64,000 nt of DNA from assembly GCA_002269645.1 (NCBI GenBank), contig NIVC01001879.1, positions 117,564 through 181,563 of the forward strand, in the 5' to 3' direction. This document shows positions 39,601 through 52,900 of this stretch, piece by piece (the stretch's first letter is position 1; each line of letters begins with the position of its first letter). Both the position numbers and the translations under genes were made by a program. The notes below the pieces were generated by a model that was not told the DNA's origin, did not search any database, and saw only the letters and a list, made by a program, of their open reading frames with translations. The DNA comes from Macrostomum lignano. Its lineage: Eukaryota.

Positions 39601-42600
39601 TGAGTCGGTAAATGGTTCTGTAGAAGTGTCTACAAGATTTACAAATGGTACAGTGTTTTTACGTCACCAAATGAAATGAAAATTAGTGGTTAAAAATAAC
39701 CTCAACGCACGCACCAACTGGATCGTCGATCTGCAGCCTAGCAACGATATTTTCTGTCAGGCAGGCCAGCAGAGCTCCAAGGACGCCGATCACGAATCCT
39801 TGCCAAGGTTCGGCGAGGGCGCACATGGCTACGATGGCGAAATGCCGACATGTCGGGTGTAGAATGGTAGATTGGTGTAGTATGTTGGTAGATTGGTGTA
39901 GTATGTTGGTAGATTGGTATGGTATGTTGGTAGATTATGGTGTGGTATGTTGGTAGATTTGTGTAGTAAGTTGGTAGATTGGTGTAGTAAGTTGGTAGAT
40001 TGGTGTAGTAAGTTGGTAGATTGGTGTAGTAAGTTGGTAGATTGGTGTAGTAAGTTGGTAGATTGGTGTAGTAAGTTGGTAGATTGGTGTAGTAAGTTAG
40101 TAGATTGGTGTATAAGATCGATGTTAGTTATAGCTGTTGTAATTTTGAATTCAGTCTGTAGATCTTCACTGTGCTCAAAGTGAAGGTACTCACCGGTAAT
40201 GGAAACTAGACTAGCCAAAATGCTATTAGTGATGAGGCTGATGTGAAACTTCCTGCCCCTAGTCAGATAGCTGAACATCATGCCGACCATTCCGCCTCCC
40301 ATTGAGGCTATGATGGTTGACACTGCGGATCTGAAAGTATGAAAAAAATTATATTGCGTAATAAATTTTCTAAAACTCTTTTAATTAGTAGATAATAATG
40401 TAACTGGCTACTCACCTGGCAGCCAGTTTCCATTTATCTCCACTGATGCCGAAGGTCGAACCGCAGTTGAATCCGAGCCAACCCCACCTGCAAAAACCAC
40501 TCAGTCAGCTGTGTCTAACAGGTGTCAAGTGTGTCTAACAGATGTCACACGTGTCTAACAGGTGTCAACTGTGTCTAACAGGTGTCAACTGTGTCTAACA
40601 AGTGTCAACTGTGTCTAACAAGTGTCAACTGTGTCTAACAGGTGTCAACTGTGTCTAACAGGTGTCACACGTGTCTAACAGGTGTCAGCTGTGTCTAACA
40701 GGTGTCAAGTGTGTCTAACAGGTGTCAACTGTGTCTAACAGGTGTCAACTGTGTCTAACAGGGGTCTACTGTGTCTAACAGGTGTCAACTGTGTCTAATA
40801 AGTGTCAAGTGTGTCTAACAGGTGTCATACGTGTCGAACAGGTGTCAACTGTGTCTAATAAGTGTCAAGTGTGTCTAACAGGTGTCATACGTGTCGAACA
40901 GGTGGCCAACTGTGTCTAACAGGTGTCAAGTGTGTCTAACAGGCGTCAACTGTGTCTAACAGGTGTCATACGTGTCGAACAGGTGGCCAACTGTGTCTAA
41001 CATGTGTCAAGTGTCTCTAACATGTGTCAAGTGTGTCTAACAGGTGTCAACTGTGTCTAACAGCTGAGCCACACGTGTCTAACAGGTGTCAACTGTGTCT
41101 AACAGGTGTCAACTGTGTCTAACAGGTGTCACACGTGTCTAGCAGGTGTCAACTGTGTCTAACAGGTGTCAAGTATGTCTAACAGGTGTCAAGTGTGTCT
41201 AACAGGTGTCAACTGTGTCTAACAAGTGTCACACGTGTCTAACAGGTTTCATACGTGTTTAACAGGTGTCACACGTGTCTAACAGGTGGCCAACTGTGTC
41301 TAACAGGCGTCAACTGTGTCTAACAGGGGCCACACGTGTCTAACATGTGATAGAAGGCTCTCTCACCACAGCATGAACATGCCCAGCAGTGCATTAGTCG
41401 GGCTGCCCATCTGAGGCGGGTGACTCCCTGAGAACCTGTGCAACCTCGGCCTCAGCAACAGGGTAGCAACCATACCGGTGGTACCGCCAACCAGGTGAAC
41501 AGGTCCAGCACCAGCAATGTCCATGCAATTCAATTTGTACAGAAAACCATTTTCAGACCACATCCAATGCGCCGGGAAACAGAAGATGAAGGTATTCAAG
41601 AAGCTGAAGAGCATGTACGCCTCTAGTTTAGTCCGTTCAGCCATGGCCCCAGAAACTATAGTTGTTGCTGTTGTAGCAAAAGACGCTTGAAAGAAGAATT
41701 TCGAATAGACCCATCCCGTGTCGTTCCTCTCGGCTGCAACCAGGAAGTTGCCCCAGCCGCTGAAGTCGTTTGCTAAATCGCTGTTGCCGAAGGAGAAGGA
41801 GTAACCAACCAGCCAATAGGACAGTCCACCGAATACCACATCCGCCACGTTCTTAACCATGATGTTCACCTCGTTCTTGGCGGTGCATGAGCCCGATTCC
41901 AGTAGGCCGAATCCTGCAATAATGTGGCGAAACCCGTGCTTCTAAAGTATCTAACAGGTCTTGATTCTGTATCTAACAGGTCTTGATTCTGTATCTAACA
42001 GGTCTTGATTCTGTATCTAACAGGTTTTGATTCTATCTCTAACAGATCTTGATTCTGTATCTAACAGATCTTGATTCTGTATCTAACAGGTTTTGATTCT
42101 ATCTCTAACAGATCTTGATTCTGTATCTAACAGATCTTGATTCTGTATCTAACAGGTCTTGATTCTATCTCTAACAGATCTTGATTCTGTATCTAACAGT
42201 TCTTGATTCTGTATCTAACAGGTCTTGATTCTGTATCTAACAGGTCTTGATTCTGTATCTAACAGGTCTTGATTCTGTATCTAACAGGTCTTGATTCTGT
42301 ATCTAACAGGTCTTGATTCTGTATCTAATAGGTCTTGATTCTGTATCTAACAGGTCTTGATTCTGTATCTAACAGGTCTTGATTCTGTATCTAACAGGTC
42401 TTGATTCTGTATCTAACAGGTCTTGATTCTGTATCTAACAGGTCTTGATTCTGTATCTAACAGATCTTGATTCTGTATCTAAAAGGTCTTGATTCTGTAT
42501 CTAACAGATCTTGATTCTGTATCTAGCAGGTCTTGATTCTGTATCTAACAGGTCTTGATTCTGTTTGTAACAGGTCTTGACCCTGTCTCTAACAGTTGTG

Positions 42601-43243
42601 TATCTAACAGCTAGGTCTCAGTTCTGTATCTAACATGCCTCTGTTGATTATCTAACAGGTCTCAGTTCTGTATATAACATGCCTCTGTTGTCTATCTAAC
42701 CGGTCTCTGTTCTGTATCTAACAAGTGTCAGTTTTGTATCTAACAGGTCTTTGTTCTGTGTCTAACAAGCCTCAGTTCTGTATCTAACAAGCCTCAGTTC
42801 TGTATCTAACAAGCCTCAGTTCTGTATCTAACAACTCTCAGTTCTGTGTCTAGCATGCCTCAGTTCTGTATCTAACAAGCCTCAGTTCTGTATCTAACAA
42901 GTCTCAGTTCTGTGTCTAGCATGCCTCAGTTCTGTATCTAACAAGCCTCAGTTCTGTATCTAACAACTCTCAGTTCTGTGTCTAGCATGCCTCAGTTCTG
43001 TATCTAACAGTTTTCAGTTCTGCAGTCTCATATCAAATCTCATTCCAGTTGTCATAGCGGGCTCCTGTCCTCGGGCGTCATAAACAGGCCTCATTCTAGG
43101 CGCTGAACCTACCAAAGACGACACTCACCGCTCTGCATAGTAAAAATGATAAAAGTGGCCGACAAGATCCATATTGCATCGCTCTGCGGTTCTGGCGAAA
43201 ATGCCACGGCTCTACTAGCGACATCTGACCTCCTTGCTGACAT
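36611..43243 (-). CDS. amt: Ammonium transporter (Amt/Mep family), 555 aa with first exon 1b
   Basis: Exons 43129-43243, 41367-41913, 40416-40487, 40194-40330, 39715-39828, 38869-38990 and 36611-37171, all GT-AG and in phase. Motifs MQSGFGLLESG, FFQASFATTATTIVSGAMAER, DIAGAGPVHLVGG, WWGWLGFNCGS, IDDPVGVIAVH (twin His present). Confidence 0.95.
37270..37965. repeat. 21-bp minisatellite (CCATTACACCAACATTAGCAT), Amt intron 6
   Basis: Direct tandem units. Confidence 0.93.
38540..38790. repeat. GA-rich low-complexity tract, Amt intron 6
   Basis: Purine-rich degenerate repeats. Confidence 0.8.
39085..39640. repeat. 24-bp minisatellite (TCTGTAAATGGTTCTGTAGATGTG), Amt intron 5
   Basis: Direct tandem units. 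Confidence 0.93.
39865..40110. repeat. 21-bp minisatellite (GTAGATTGGTGTAGTAAGTTG), Amt intron 4
   Basis: Direct tandem units. Confidence 0.93.
40510..41345. repeat. 20-bp minisatellite (TCTAACAGGTGTCAACTGTG), Amt intron 2
   Basis: Direct tandem units. Confidence 0.95.
41950..43010. repeat. 22-bp minisatellite (TCTAACAGGTCTTGATTCTGTA) grading into a related variant, Amt intron 1
   Basis: Direct tandem units. Confidence 0.95.
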
Positions 43244-43899
43244 CTTTTCAGTTTACGTATAAACTGTTTATTTCACCTTATTTACAGTTAGGAAGCTCAA
43301 TTGATTTCCTTGGCAACTGTGCTATAATTATTGACTGAGCGTGAGGTTATATAAGCCAGCCAGCTCGTATGGGGTAGATATAGAAAAGAGGAAGTGCGCA
43401 TGCAGTTCAAATCCCACGAGAATTGAACTTTCCTAGAAAAGTTATTTCCGCATTGCCTCTTATTATTGGCCGAGAGAGAAAAGTTTTTTCTAAAAAAATT
43501 ATCGATTTAAAATAGTCGCAAATATACTACTATTTATTTTCCGGTGTTAAGTAGCTTAAATCTGGTTGGAAAATGAAAAACAAAATAATAATTCAAACTT
43601 TTGAAAAAGCGATTAAAATTGCTCCTTATCGATATGGGAGCTTCCGTTTAATTGGATGTTTTGATATAATTCAAAGTTTTTTCAATTCTATTTTTAAAAA
43701 TCAATGTGTGATATTAACAAAAGAAGTTTTTTGTTTAAAGATCCTTAGACAAGAGCCTAGCTGGATTATTGAACTGCGGTTGATTTGAGCATTGTAGAAG
43801 GCAAAGAAATTTTAATAACTCACCGAGCATTCTCCTGGTATTGACACGGGGTGAAGCTCTCTTATTATTTTGGCTGTTATAGTCATCACGTCTTATTCT

Positions 43900-44420
43900 T
43901 TTCTCTGATACCATCTCATCTCATCTTCTCACATCTCTCTTCCTATTTTGTCCCATCAGATCTCTTCTCACCATAATCACATTTCATATCCTACCATCGC
44001 ATCTCATCTCATCTCATACCATATCATCTCGACCCATGTTCAATATCTAGTTAGCATATCTTATCTTATCACATTCTATCTCATCGCATTCTACGCCCGT
44101 ATCTCATCGCAATCTATCTCATCTCATTCTATCTTATCTCATTCCATCGCATCTCATGCTATCTCATCGCATTCCATCTCATCGCATCCCTTCTAATCTC
44201 ATCTCATCTTGCCTCTTTTCGATCTATCTCTTCTCATCACATGACATTTTATCTCATCTCATCTAATCTCATTATAATTCATCTTATCGCATTTTTTTCA
44301 ATATGTCATGTGTCATCTTCATCATATTTCATCTTACCAAATATCATCCTAAGTCTTCTTGTCTCGTCAATTTTCATAAAACTGTACCTCATCTAATCTC
44401 ATCTCTGCTAATCACATCCC
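43900..44420. repeat. Degenerate (ATCTC)n low-complexity tract
   Basis: Pentamer-based degenerate repeat. Confidence 0.75.
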
Positions 44421-44483
44421 ATCTCACTCAGGACTCTCACCACCAGACCCGCAAGATAAAAGTACATTGTGCCCAGCACTCAC

Positions 44484-44592
44484 CGCTTTGCATGGTGAAT
44501 ATGATGAAGGCGGATGTTAAAATCCAGATCGCGTCAGCCTCACCGCTGATGCCTTCATTGTAGTGAGAATGCTGCTGCTGCTGCTGCTGCAT
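44484..44592 (-). CDS. amt: Alternative first coding exon (1a) of the ammonium transporter
   Basis: MQQQQQQHSHYNEGISGEADAIWILTSAFIIFTMQSG followed by a GTGAG donor in the same phase as exon 1b (...DAIWILSATFIIFTMQSG). Confidence 0.85.
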
Positions 44593-44969
44593 GCTGATTG
44601 CGACTCTTGGAGCAACAAGTCTGTCTGTTTTGCTTTCGTTCGAAATTTTCTGTTATATATTTGAGACAAAACTGACCCTACAGGATGCTCAAAGATTTGT
44701 GCACCACCACTGACAGTTCTGATTGGCTCGGGTTTTGCTGTGCCAAAATTATTATCTTGATTATTGTAACCTACACGAATTGCACCATGTCCGGTGTCCA
44801 GTCCCGGTGCAGAGTGGCAGTGAATTACAAATGCTGATCCAATTTTATTAATCAAATTAGGCGTCACAACTAAATAATTCGTTTCTTAAATAAGAGAATT
44901 TCATACAGTACACAGATGACCTCATGCTATAGTACACAAGGAATAGTGTCACACCTGATAGACAAAGTC

Positions 44970-45312
<343 letters not shown>

Positions 45313-45599
45313 TTATAGTCTTTTTCGTTTAATCTTTTTTCTAAAAAGTCTTTCATCTAGTCTAGAAATACCATTGTAGAATTGAATTTTACCCAAATAA
45401 ACGTTGCGAGTTGGCTTTTGCGCGTTTCATGCCAATGAAGGGACTAAAGTTACAGCATCTGCACTTCATTGCTGCATTCTACTCTCCTTGAAGCGCGATG
45501 CGTATAGATTGAAAACGCAGTTAAATCTAATTAGCTATATTTCTATGCCTTTTTTCTAAATTCATCCAGTGCTTTGGACTGCAGTTCTTCAGGTTTCCC

Positions 45600-45880
45600 T
45601 CCTGTCTAACAGGTGTGACATTATCCCCTGTCTAACAGGTGTGACACTATCCCCTGTCTAACAGGTGTGACACTATCTCCTGTCTAACAGGTGTGACACT
45701 ATCCCCTGTCTAACAGGTGTGACACTATCTCCTGTCTAACAGGTGTGACACTATCCCCTGTCTAACAGGTGTGACACTATCCCCTGTCTAACAGGTGTGA
45801 CACTATCCCCTGTCTAACAGGTGTGACACTATCTCCTGTCTAACAGGTGTGACACTATCCCCTGTCTAACAGGTGCCACT
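45600..45880. repeat. 26-bp minisatellite (TCTAACAGGTGTGACACTATCCCCTG)
   Basis: About 10 near-perfect units. Confidence 0.95.
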
Positions 45881-46714
45881 CGAGTCTAACAGATTTTGTC
45901 ATCAATGCAACAACGACTAAAATAATACTAATAAAATCTATTCAGTATCTGTCCAAATCTAAGCTATCAAATGCAGCAATATATTCATAGGAGTTATAAT
46001 TATTCGCCTGTCCACCTTGGACTTTTTAATTAAGCATCAATTTCATTATTTTGGGGCTACCTTGGTTTCCAAATTGAATACCTCAGTAGATGAAGCTGGG
46101 TCGAGGCTGCACATTTCCTACTACTGCTGCTGAAGTGGCAAGAGGCAGACAGACCCTGTTTACACTGGCGCTGAAATAGCACCATCTGATAGTGAGCTAT
46201 ATATCGAACGAACAGTTTATTCTGTTCATTTTCATTTCTCTCTCTCTATTGTCTTGGTCTACCTATCCATGCAGAAGCTTGTTTGTGCTGGGGTAGGCAC
46301 ATACACACGACTCTGCAGCCTCCTGCTCACTTCATCTCTGCCTCTCTCCCTCTCTCTCCTATCCATTTAACGATACCAACCTTAGAAGAGAAAGCTCTCC
46401 TTTTTAGCGAAGGTTTTTGCTATTTAAAAAAACGCAAATTTATTATAAGCTGCTAAAAAGCAATATTTAGAACACTGCAGAAGCGGCAAAGCTTGCAGTT
46501 CTGAAGACGAAAAACACAGATAAACATATTAGTTGATTTTTATCTACAAGTTGCCATTTGAAGTTCAGGTCCAAGGATTCATTGTCTGTTACGGAATATG
46601 CAAAAGTGAGTATTAAATTTGATTTTTTCTGCAAATGGGGCAGAAAATGCCAAATACGAACTTGAGATTGGGGTGTCTCGAAAGCTTCCTGTGGTTGTTT
46701 GTTTCTCCATTTTT

Positions 46715-47040
46715 CTCTTCCCTTTCTCTGTCTCCCTCCCTCTCTCCCTTCTCCGCTCTCCAGCCCTCTCCCTTCCTCTCTACCTTCCTCTCTTCCTTCC
46801 TCTCTCCCTTCCTCTCTCCCTTCCTCTCTCCCTTCCTCTCTCCCTCCCCTTCTCTCCCTCCCCTCTCTCCCTCCCCTCTCTCCCTTCCTCTCTCCCTCCT
46901 CTTCTCTCTCTCCCCTTCTCTCCCTCCCCCTCTCTCCCTTCTTCTCTCTCTTCCTCTCTCCCTTCCTCTCTCCCTTCCTCTCTCCCTTCGTCTCTCCCTC
47001 CCTCTCTCCCTTCCTCTCTCCCTCCCCCTCTCTCTTTTCC
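46715..47040. repeat. Polypyrimidine (CT-rich) tract
   Basis: Almost exclusively C/T over about 320 bp. Confidence 0.9.
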
Positions 47041-47896
47041 TAAAAGTGCTACATTGTTGAGCCTATCACTGTATGAGAATAATGAGGTAATGCTACGAGC
47101 GAACTATGCTTGACAATAAATGCCATAGACAAAATCAGAGGGCACATACTGATGACTTCTTCTTTCAAGAAGTGCAGCCCGCTAAATCGTGGGACAACAC
47201 TGTTTCCTTTCTCACTTTCCTCCGCTCTCTCTCTCTCTGTCTTCCCTGTTTGACTATTTACTCTCTTTACACACGCAATCCAGCCATTGTTATAGGAGCA
47301 GCTATAAGCTTCTGCAATGCTTGGCCATGCAGAAATATTCAATAATTAAAGCAATGAATTTTAAGCTGGCAGTATATAGCGTTGCTACCTAGCGGGATGG
47401 CTTGTATTGGGGAGCGCATTTTTCTGCTCCTAACTAGGAGAGAGAGAGAGGAGAGCAGTAGAGGAAGGCTGTCTATAGTGGAAGCAATTGTGGAGCTATA
47501 CAGCCAATTGTTTAGGCAGTCCGGAATCCCCGGTGCTACCTGCACCTCCGCTATGGAAACTGCAACCCACTTACCTGTTGCAGAACCCCGCTTGCTTCAA
47601 AGCATTTCCTTCTTTCCTCCTAAGCAGAAGTGCATGTTAGTTATAGAGCCTATATAAGTCCCCGGAAAGCAGATCTCTCAAATCTGATACAATTTCTCCT
47701 ATTCTTTACAATCATATATCATTCCCCATTTTTATTGTAAAAAATGACTGAGAAACTTGCATCAATTATTTAGTAAGTAGTTTCTATAGATGTACAACTA
47801 TCTTCCCTACTTTACCAATGTAGATCACTGCTAACGCAGCTTATATATAAGCTCCTATACTGACTTTTCCCACGTATTTCAGTTTCAACACTACAG

Positions 47897-47957
47897 TTGG
47901 TTTTCATCAGACTTCTGCGGCAGTTCCGAAGCAGCAGCCACAACAACAACAGCAACA

Positions 47958-47997
<40 letters not shown>

Positions 47998-49194
47998 CAA
48001 CGCTTCAATCAGAGGCGGCATTTCGGCGCAGCAAAGCAAGTCTACAGCGGCGGCGGCAGTGGCGGTAACCTTGGCAACGGGGCTCCAGTGACAAAGCTAG
48101 GAAGCCAACGAGCCAGCCTGTCAGAGACCCTGAGATTATTTGAAAGAAGTCAGCAACAGCAACAGCAGAAAAAGCAGCCTGTGGTATCCAAGGAAGTCAC
48201 TCAGCATCAGCAGGCGCTTAGCAACCGTCAGAGTCCCAAACTGGCACCCGGAGCGACACCTTCCACTGGCGTGCTTCCACCGCTGGGTCAGCAGGACGGC
48301 GCGGCCAGGCGGTCAAATCCTTCGTCCGGTGGTCTGCAGAGACTGCAGCCAGTTGAACCAACAACAGCAACAACGGCAACAAACAATAACAATAGTAATG
48401 GTAACAATTATTTGGACGCGAATCAAAATTATCTACCGATAATTACTACGAGCAGGTCTGATGGAGGTGGGAAGTTAACGGTCAGACAGCCGCAACAGCA
48501 GCAGCAGCAGCAACAGCAGCAACAGCAGCAACAGCAGTCCTTGACGGTCGCTGCCGCAGCAGCCACCGCTTCGTCGCCCCTGGCAACTGCCGCGACAACT
48601 GATGCCAAATCAGAGACCGGGGCCGAGCCGCCGACGGTGCGACCTGCAGCACCGAATAAAACTAACCACCACAAAACACAGCAGCAGCAGCAGCAGAAGC
48701 TACCGTCGCCTCAGCATCCACCACCTACATTGCTGCCATCTTCCCGAGCTGAGCAACAGCAACAGCAGCAGCAACAGCAACAGCCGCAGCAGCCAGCTGG
48801 AAAGCGGAGCGCCAATAACCGCCGCAGGCGCATCAAGGTCGCCGGAACCAAGAAAGGAGGCGGCGGCGCTGCGGGTGCAACCGCAGCAACTGCCAAGAAG
48901 AAGCAAATCCCTGTGGTGTACTTCAGCCCGGACAATGGCTCGGTGCGATCTGCCCGACTCGAGGACGTCGACTCGCGTAGCTGCGACATGCGCGATCCAA
49001 ACGACACGATCGCGTACGGTAATGTGCTTGAGTACATCAGGGACAATCAGCTGATGAGCAGCAGGAAGGCGAAGCTGATTTGGGCATGGATTCGGGATCA
49101 AGACGCTGCCAGCTCGTCGCGATTGTTCGTCTACGATCCGAATCTGCGATGGTACTCCCTGCCTGGCGAGCTTATCGGCGGCGGGGACGTCTAA
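47897..49194 (+). CDS. Large terminal exon of a Gln/Ala-rich protein with an ordered ~100-aa C-terminal domain of unknown family; 5' exons unresolved
   Basis: The frame is open from an acceptor-like CTACAG at about 47896 through the polyQ tracts to TAA at 49194. The C-terminal IPVVYFSPDNGSVR...AYGNVLEYIRDNQL...LIWAWIRD...FVYDPNLRWY looks globular. GC-rich codon usage. Confidence 0.7.
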
Positions 49195-49949
49195 GCGCAA
49201 GTAACAAGCCAGCTGGAACGTCAATTACGGTGCTACTGTATTTTTCTGATTTATAAAGCTTACTTTCGATACATATCGGCTAACGTAAAAACAAGATTTT
49301 GATACGTGAATCAACATTTTATAGCAGGTTTCTGCAATTTCTCGTTTCTAAGAACTCATGCGAGATTGAGGCTAAAAGTTTTGAAATATTTGAGCAGATA
49401 CAGAAAATTCGAACCAATGACCTACCGATCGAGAGACATTTCGAGTGATAAAATTCGGGTAAATATAAATGTCCTTATTGATTTTGCATTTCTATGGCAG
49501 GAATCATAGGCTTGTATCTATGATAGTTATTACCAAACTAACGTACAAATTGTGTACTTTTGTTTAATAAATGTATGTAGAAAGTTATTTTTTACTAACC
49601 TTTTCTCGCTGCAACCATTCTGCTTTAATTCATACATGCTTAACGTTGCTCTCTTGAAACCTATGTTTAAGAAAGTACAAAAATAATTGTGTAAGTAGAT
49701 TCTGTACCTTTTTAACTAATAAAAAAACTTGGCTCAATAAATAAGCGGAAAATTTATCTTTCGATTTATTTTACTTGAAAAAAATCAGACCAGCACTAAC
49801 TAAGAAATAAGTTGACAATCAAAAATATGAAATTGAGATTAAAAGCAAAAAGGACGCTCAACAGTTCAAAAATGTCTTTGCCGGAAAAGTATGCTGAATT
49901 ATTAAAGAAACACGGGGGGTTTCATATCGGTTATCAGGCAGCTAGCGTA

Positions 49950-52900
49950 TTAATCGATTCCGTGCATCAGCATCAGAATCCTCACTATGATGGCGCTCCA
50001 GCCGCCTTTATGCGCGGCGCCGTGGCCTCGGCCTGTGTCGCCATCGAAAGTTTCGTAGAATTGCAGGCCGCATCTGGCTTCCAAGCCCGTGCTGGGGATC
50101 ACGCCTGCGGCGGCATCGGTTAGGAGTCCAGGTGGGTGCGAGAGTACAGAGTCACGTGTAGCTGATCTCTTTTAAGCCTTGTTAAACCTCTGCCACCCTC
50201 ACCCCACTCCCTTCTCTGTCCCTCCCTCACCCCACTTCCCGTCTGTCCCTCCCTTACCCCACTCCCCGTCTGTCCCTCCCTTACCCACTCCCCGTCTGTC
50301 CCTCCCTTACCCCACTCCCCGTCTGTCCCTCCCTTACCCCACTCCCCGTCTGTCCCTCCCTTACCCCACTCCCCGTCTGTCCCTCCCTTACCCCACTCCC
50401 CGTCTGTCCCTCCCTTACCCCACTCCCCGTCTGTCCCTCCCTTACCCCACTCCCCGTCTGTCCCTCCCTTACCCCACTCCCCGTCTGTCCCTCCCTTACC
50501 CCACTCCCCGTCTGTCCCTCCCTTACCCCACTCCCCGTCTGTCCCTCCCTTACCCCACTCCCCGTCTGTCCCTCCCTTACCCCACTCCCCGTCTGTCCCT
50601 CCCTTACCCCACTCCCCGTCTGTCCCTCCCTTACCCCACTCCCCTCTCTGCCACAGCCTTGCCTCAGTAGTAAATTCTATTATTAAACAACATTTCTCAC
50701 CACTGGAATTCGGCAGAAACAACGCGGCATTCCTTGAGGCCAACTCTTGCACAATCTCGTTTATTAGTTTATAACGCCCAGAGTAGGATGGATATTCGAT
50801 TAGATCGAATTTCTTATCCAACACAGTGGACCAACGGTGCATGGCCTCCAGGAGCAGGTAGTTATAAGGGAGGTTAATCCCACCATACCAGTTGGTGTTG
50901 CCTCCGTACGAGCTGCTCACGGAAGCGCCTGGGCAGAATTCCTGACTCAAAGTGTAGCTAGCCAGCTTTTGCTGCTTAACTTCCGGTTCTGACAAAGAAG
51001 AATTTGTAGAAGATTCTCGCCGGCCCATAGACAGTCTGACGGAGGCCGTGTCGCAGGTATGAAGCATCGACATGGTGCGGATGCCGTATTGGGAGAGAAA
51101 CTGCACCTCACTTAGTACCTGAAAATAGGATGGGGACGTTAGGATAGGATATGAAGTTTACTTCCTCAAATCATTAAACAAAATCACTTAAACTTCCTCA
51201 GATCATTAAGCTTTCCCAAATCAATAACTTCCCCAAATCATTTAAATTCCTCCAATCAATTAAACTTTCCAAAATCACAAATTTTCTCCAAATCAATAAA
51301 GAACCTATTACCTGCTCCAGGAGCTCTGACAACTGTATCGAGTTAATAACGCTAACAAACAGCCTCGAATGACCGGCATCCGTGAAGACATACGGAGCCC
51401 TGGTCTCCCAGTCGCTCGAGCCATTATTAAACGCCCGAGCAAGCAGATCCTCAATCGTGTCACCTCCATCTAGCCGGACATTGGGCAGGCTGCAACAACA
51501 GATTATTGGCAAATAGCAATAGGCATGCAGCCAGGGACATCGATTGACAGTTTCCTCTCGACTGTCGCCGCTGTACACCGTCGAAGATGTCAGCAGACCG
51601 GACGACGAGCCTGTGAATCGTTCGACAACACCCGAGAAGCTGACACAACTGCCGTCAATAAAAGCGTTGCTCTCAATACTTTCCGATTGAATGCTACTAG
51701 GACGTCTTTGAGTCTCCTGCTGTTGCTGCTTGTTGTTGCGGCTCAAGTTGCTGCTGCTTCCACCTGAAACTTCGGACCAGAAGCCAACGTCCAGCCAGTA
51801 CGGATGGTAGAGTCCATTCTCTTGGACAACACAGCGCACAAACAAAGCGCAAAGTCTTCCTAGACTTTCAATCAGTTTTGGCAGGTTTATTTCTATTGTC
51901 GAGCGAAGGGCGGAGTCTCCGGGGCAAGTTGAGTAGATGGCCAAGGACAGCTCGAAAAACCTCTGGTTGGTTGAGTTGGAGTACATTTGTTTCTTTTCTA
52001 ATTCAACTTTATACTGAGCACTGAAATTGATCTAAATTTATCAAACTTGACACTAAACTCAATCAAACCTGAGACTACACTCAATCAAATTTGACACTAA
52101 ACTCAATCAAACCTGACACTTAACTCAATCAAATTTGACACTAAACTCAATCAAATCTGACACGACACTCAATCAACACTGACACTAAACTCAATCAAAC
52201 CTGACACTAAACTCAATCAAACCTGACACTACACTTAATCAAACCTGACACTAAACTCAATCAAATCTGACACTAAACTCAATTAAATCTGACACTAAAG
52301 TCAATCAAACCTGACACTAAACTCAATTAAATCTGACACTAAACTCAACCAAACCTGACACTAAACTCAATCAAACCTGACACTAAACTCAATCAAACCT
52401 GACACTAAACTCAATCAAATCTGACACCAAGCTCAATCAAATCTGACACTAAACTCAATCAAACCTGACACTAAACTCAATCAAACCTGACACTAAACTA
52501 AATCAAATCTGACACTAAACTCAATCCGATCTGACTCTAAACTCAATCAAACCTGACACTAAACTCAATCAAACCTGACACTAAATTCAATCCGATTTGA
52601 CACTAAACTTAATAAAAAATCTGACACTAAACTAAATCCGATTTGACACTAAACTCAATCAAATCTGACACTAAACTCAATCAAATTTGACACTAAACTC
52701 AATCAAACCTGACACTAAACTCAATAAAACCTGACACTAAACTCAATCAAACCTGACACTAAACTCAATCAAATCTGACACTAAACTCAATCAAATTTGA
52801 CACTAAACTCAATCAAACCTGACACTAAACTCAATCAAATCTGACACTAAACTCAATCAAATCTGACACTAAACCCAATCAAATCTGACACCAAGCTCAA

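Noticed and set aside
37084-39679. ORFs with VMDANVG, HYTNISI and SVNGSVD repeats
   Set aside because: Intronic minisatellites of the Amt gene.
43819-43835. Tiny ATG-CTC-G|GTGAG as a third Amt first coding exon
   Set aside because: The phase is compatible, but it would delete TM1. More likely a 5' UTR exon or chance.
50120-50700. GTDGEWGKG repeat as part of the GH63 protein
   Set aside because: It lies after the GTGAG donor at 50700. The conserved C-terminus resumes in a different exon at 50161.
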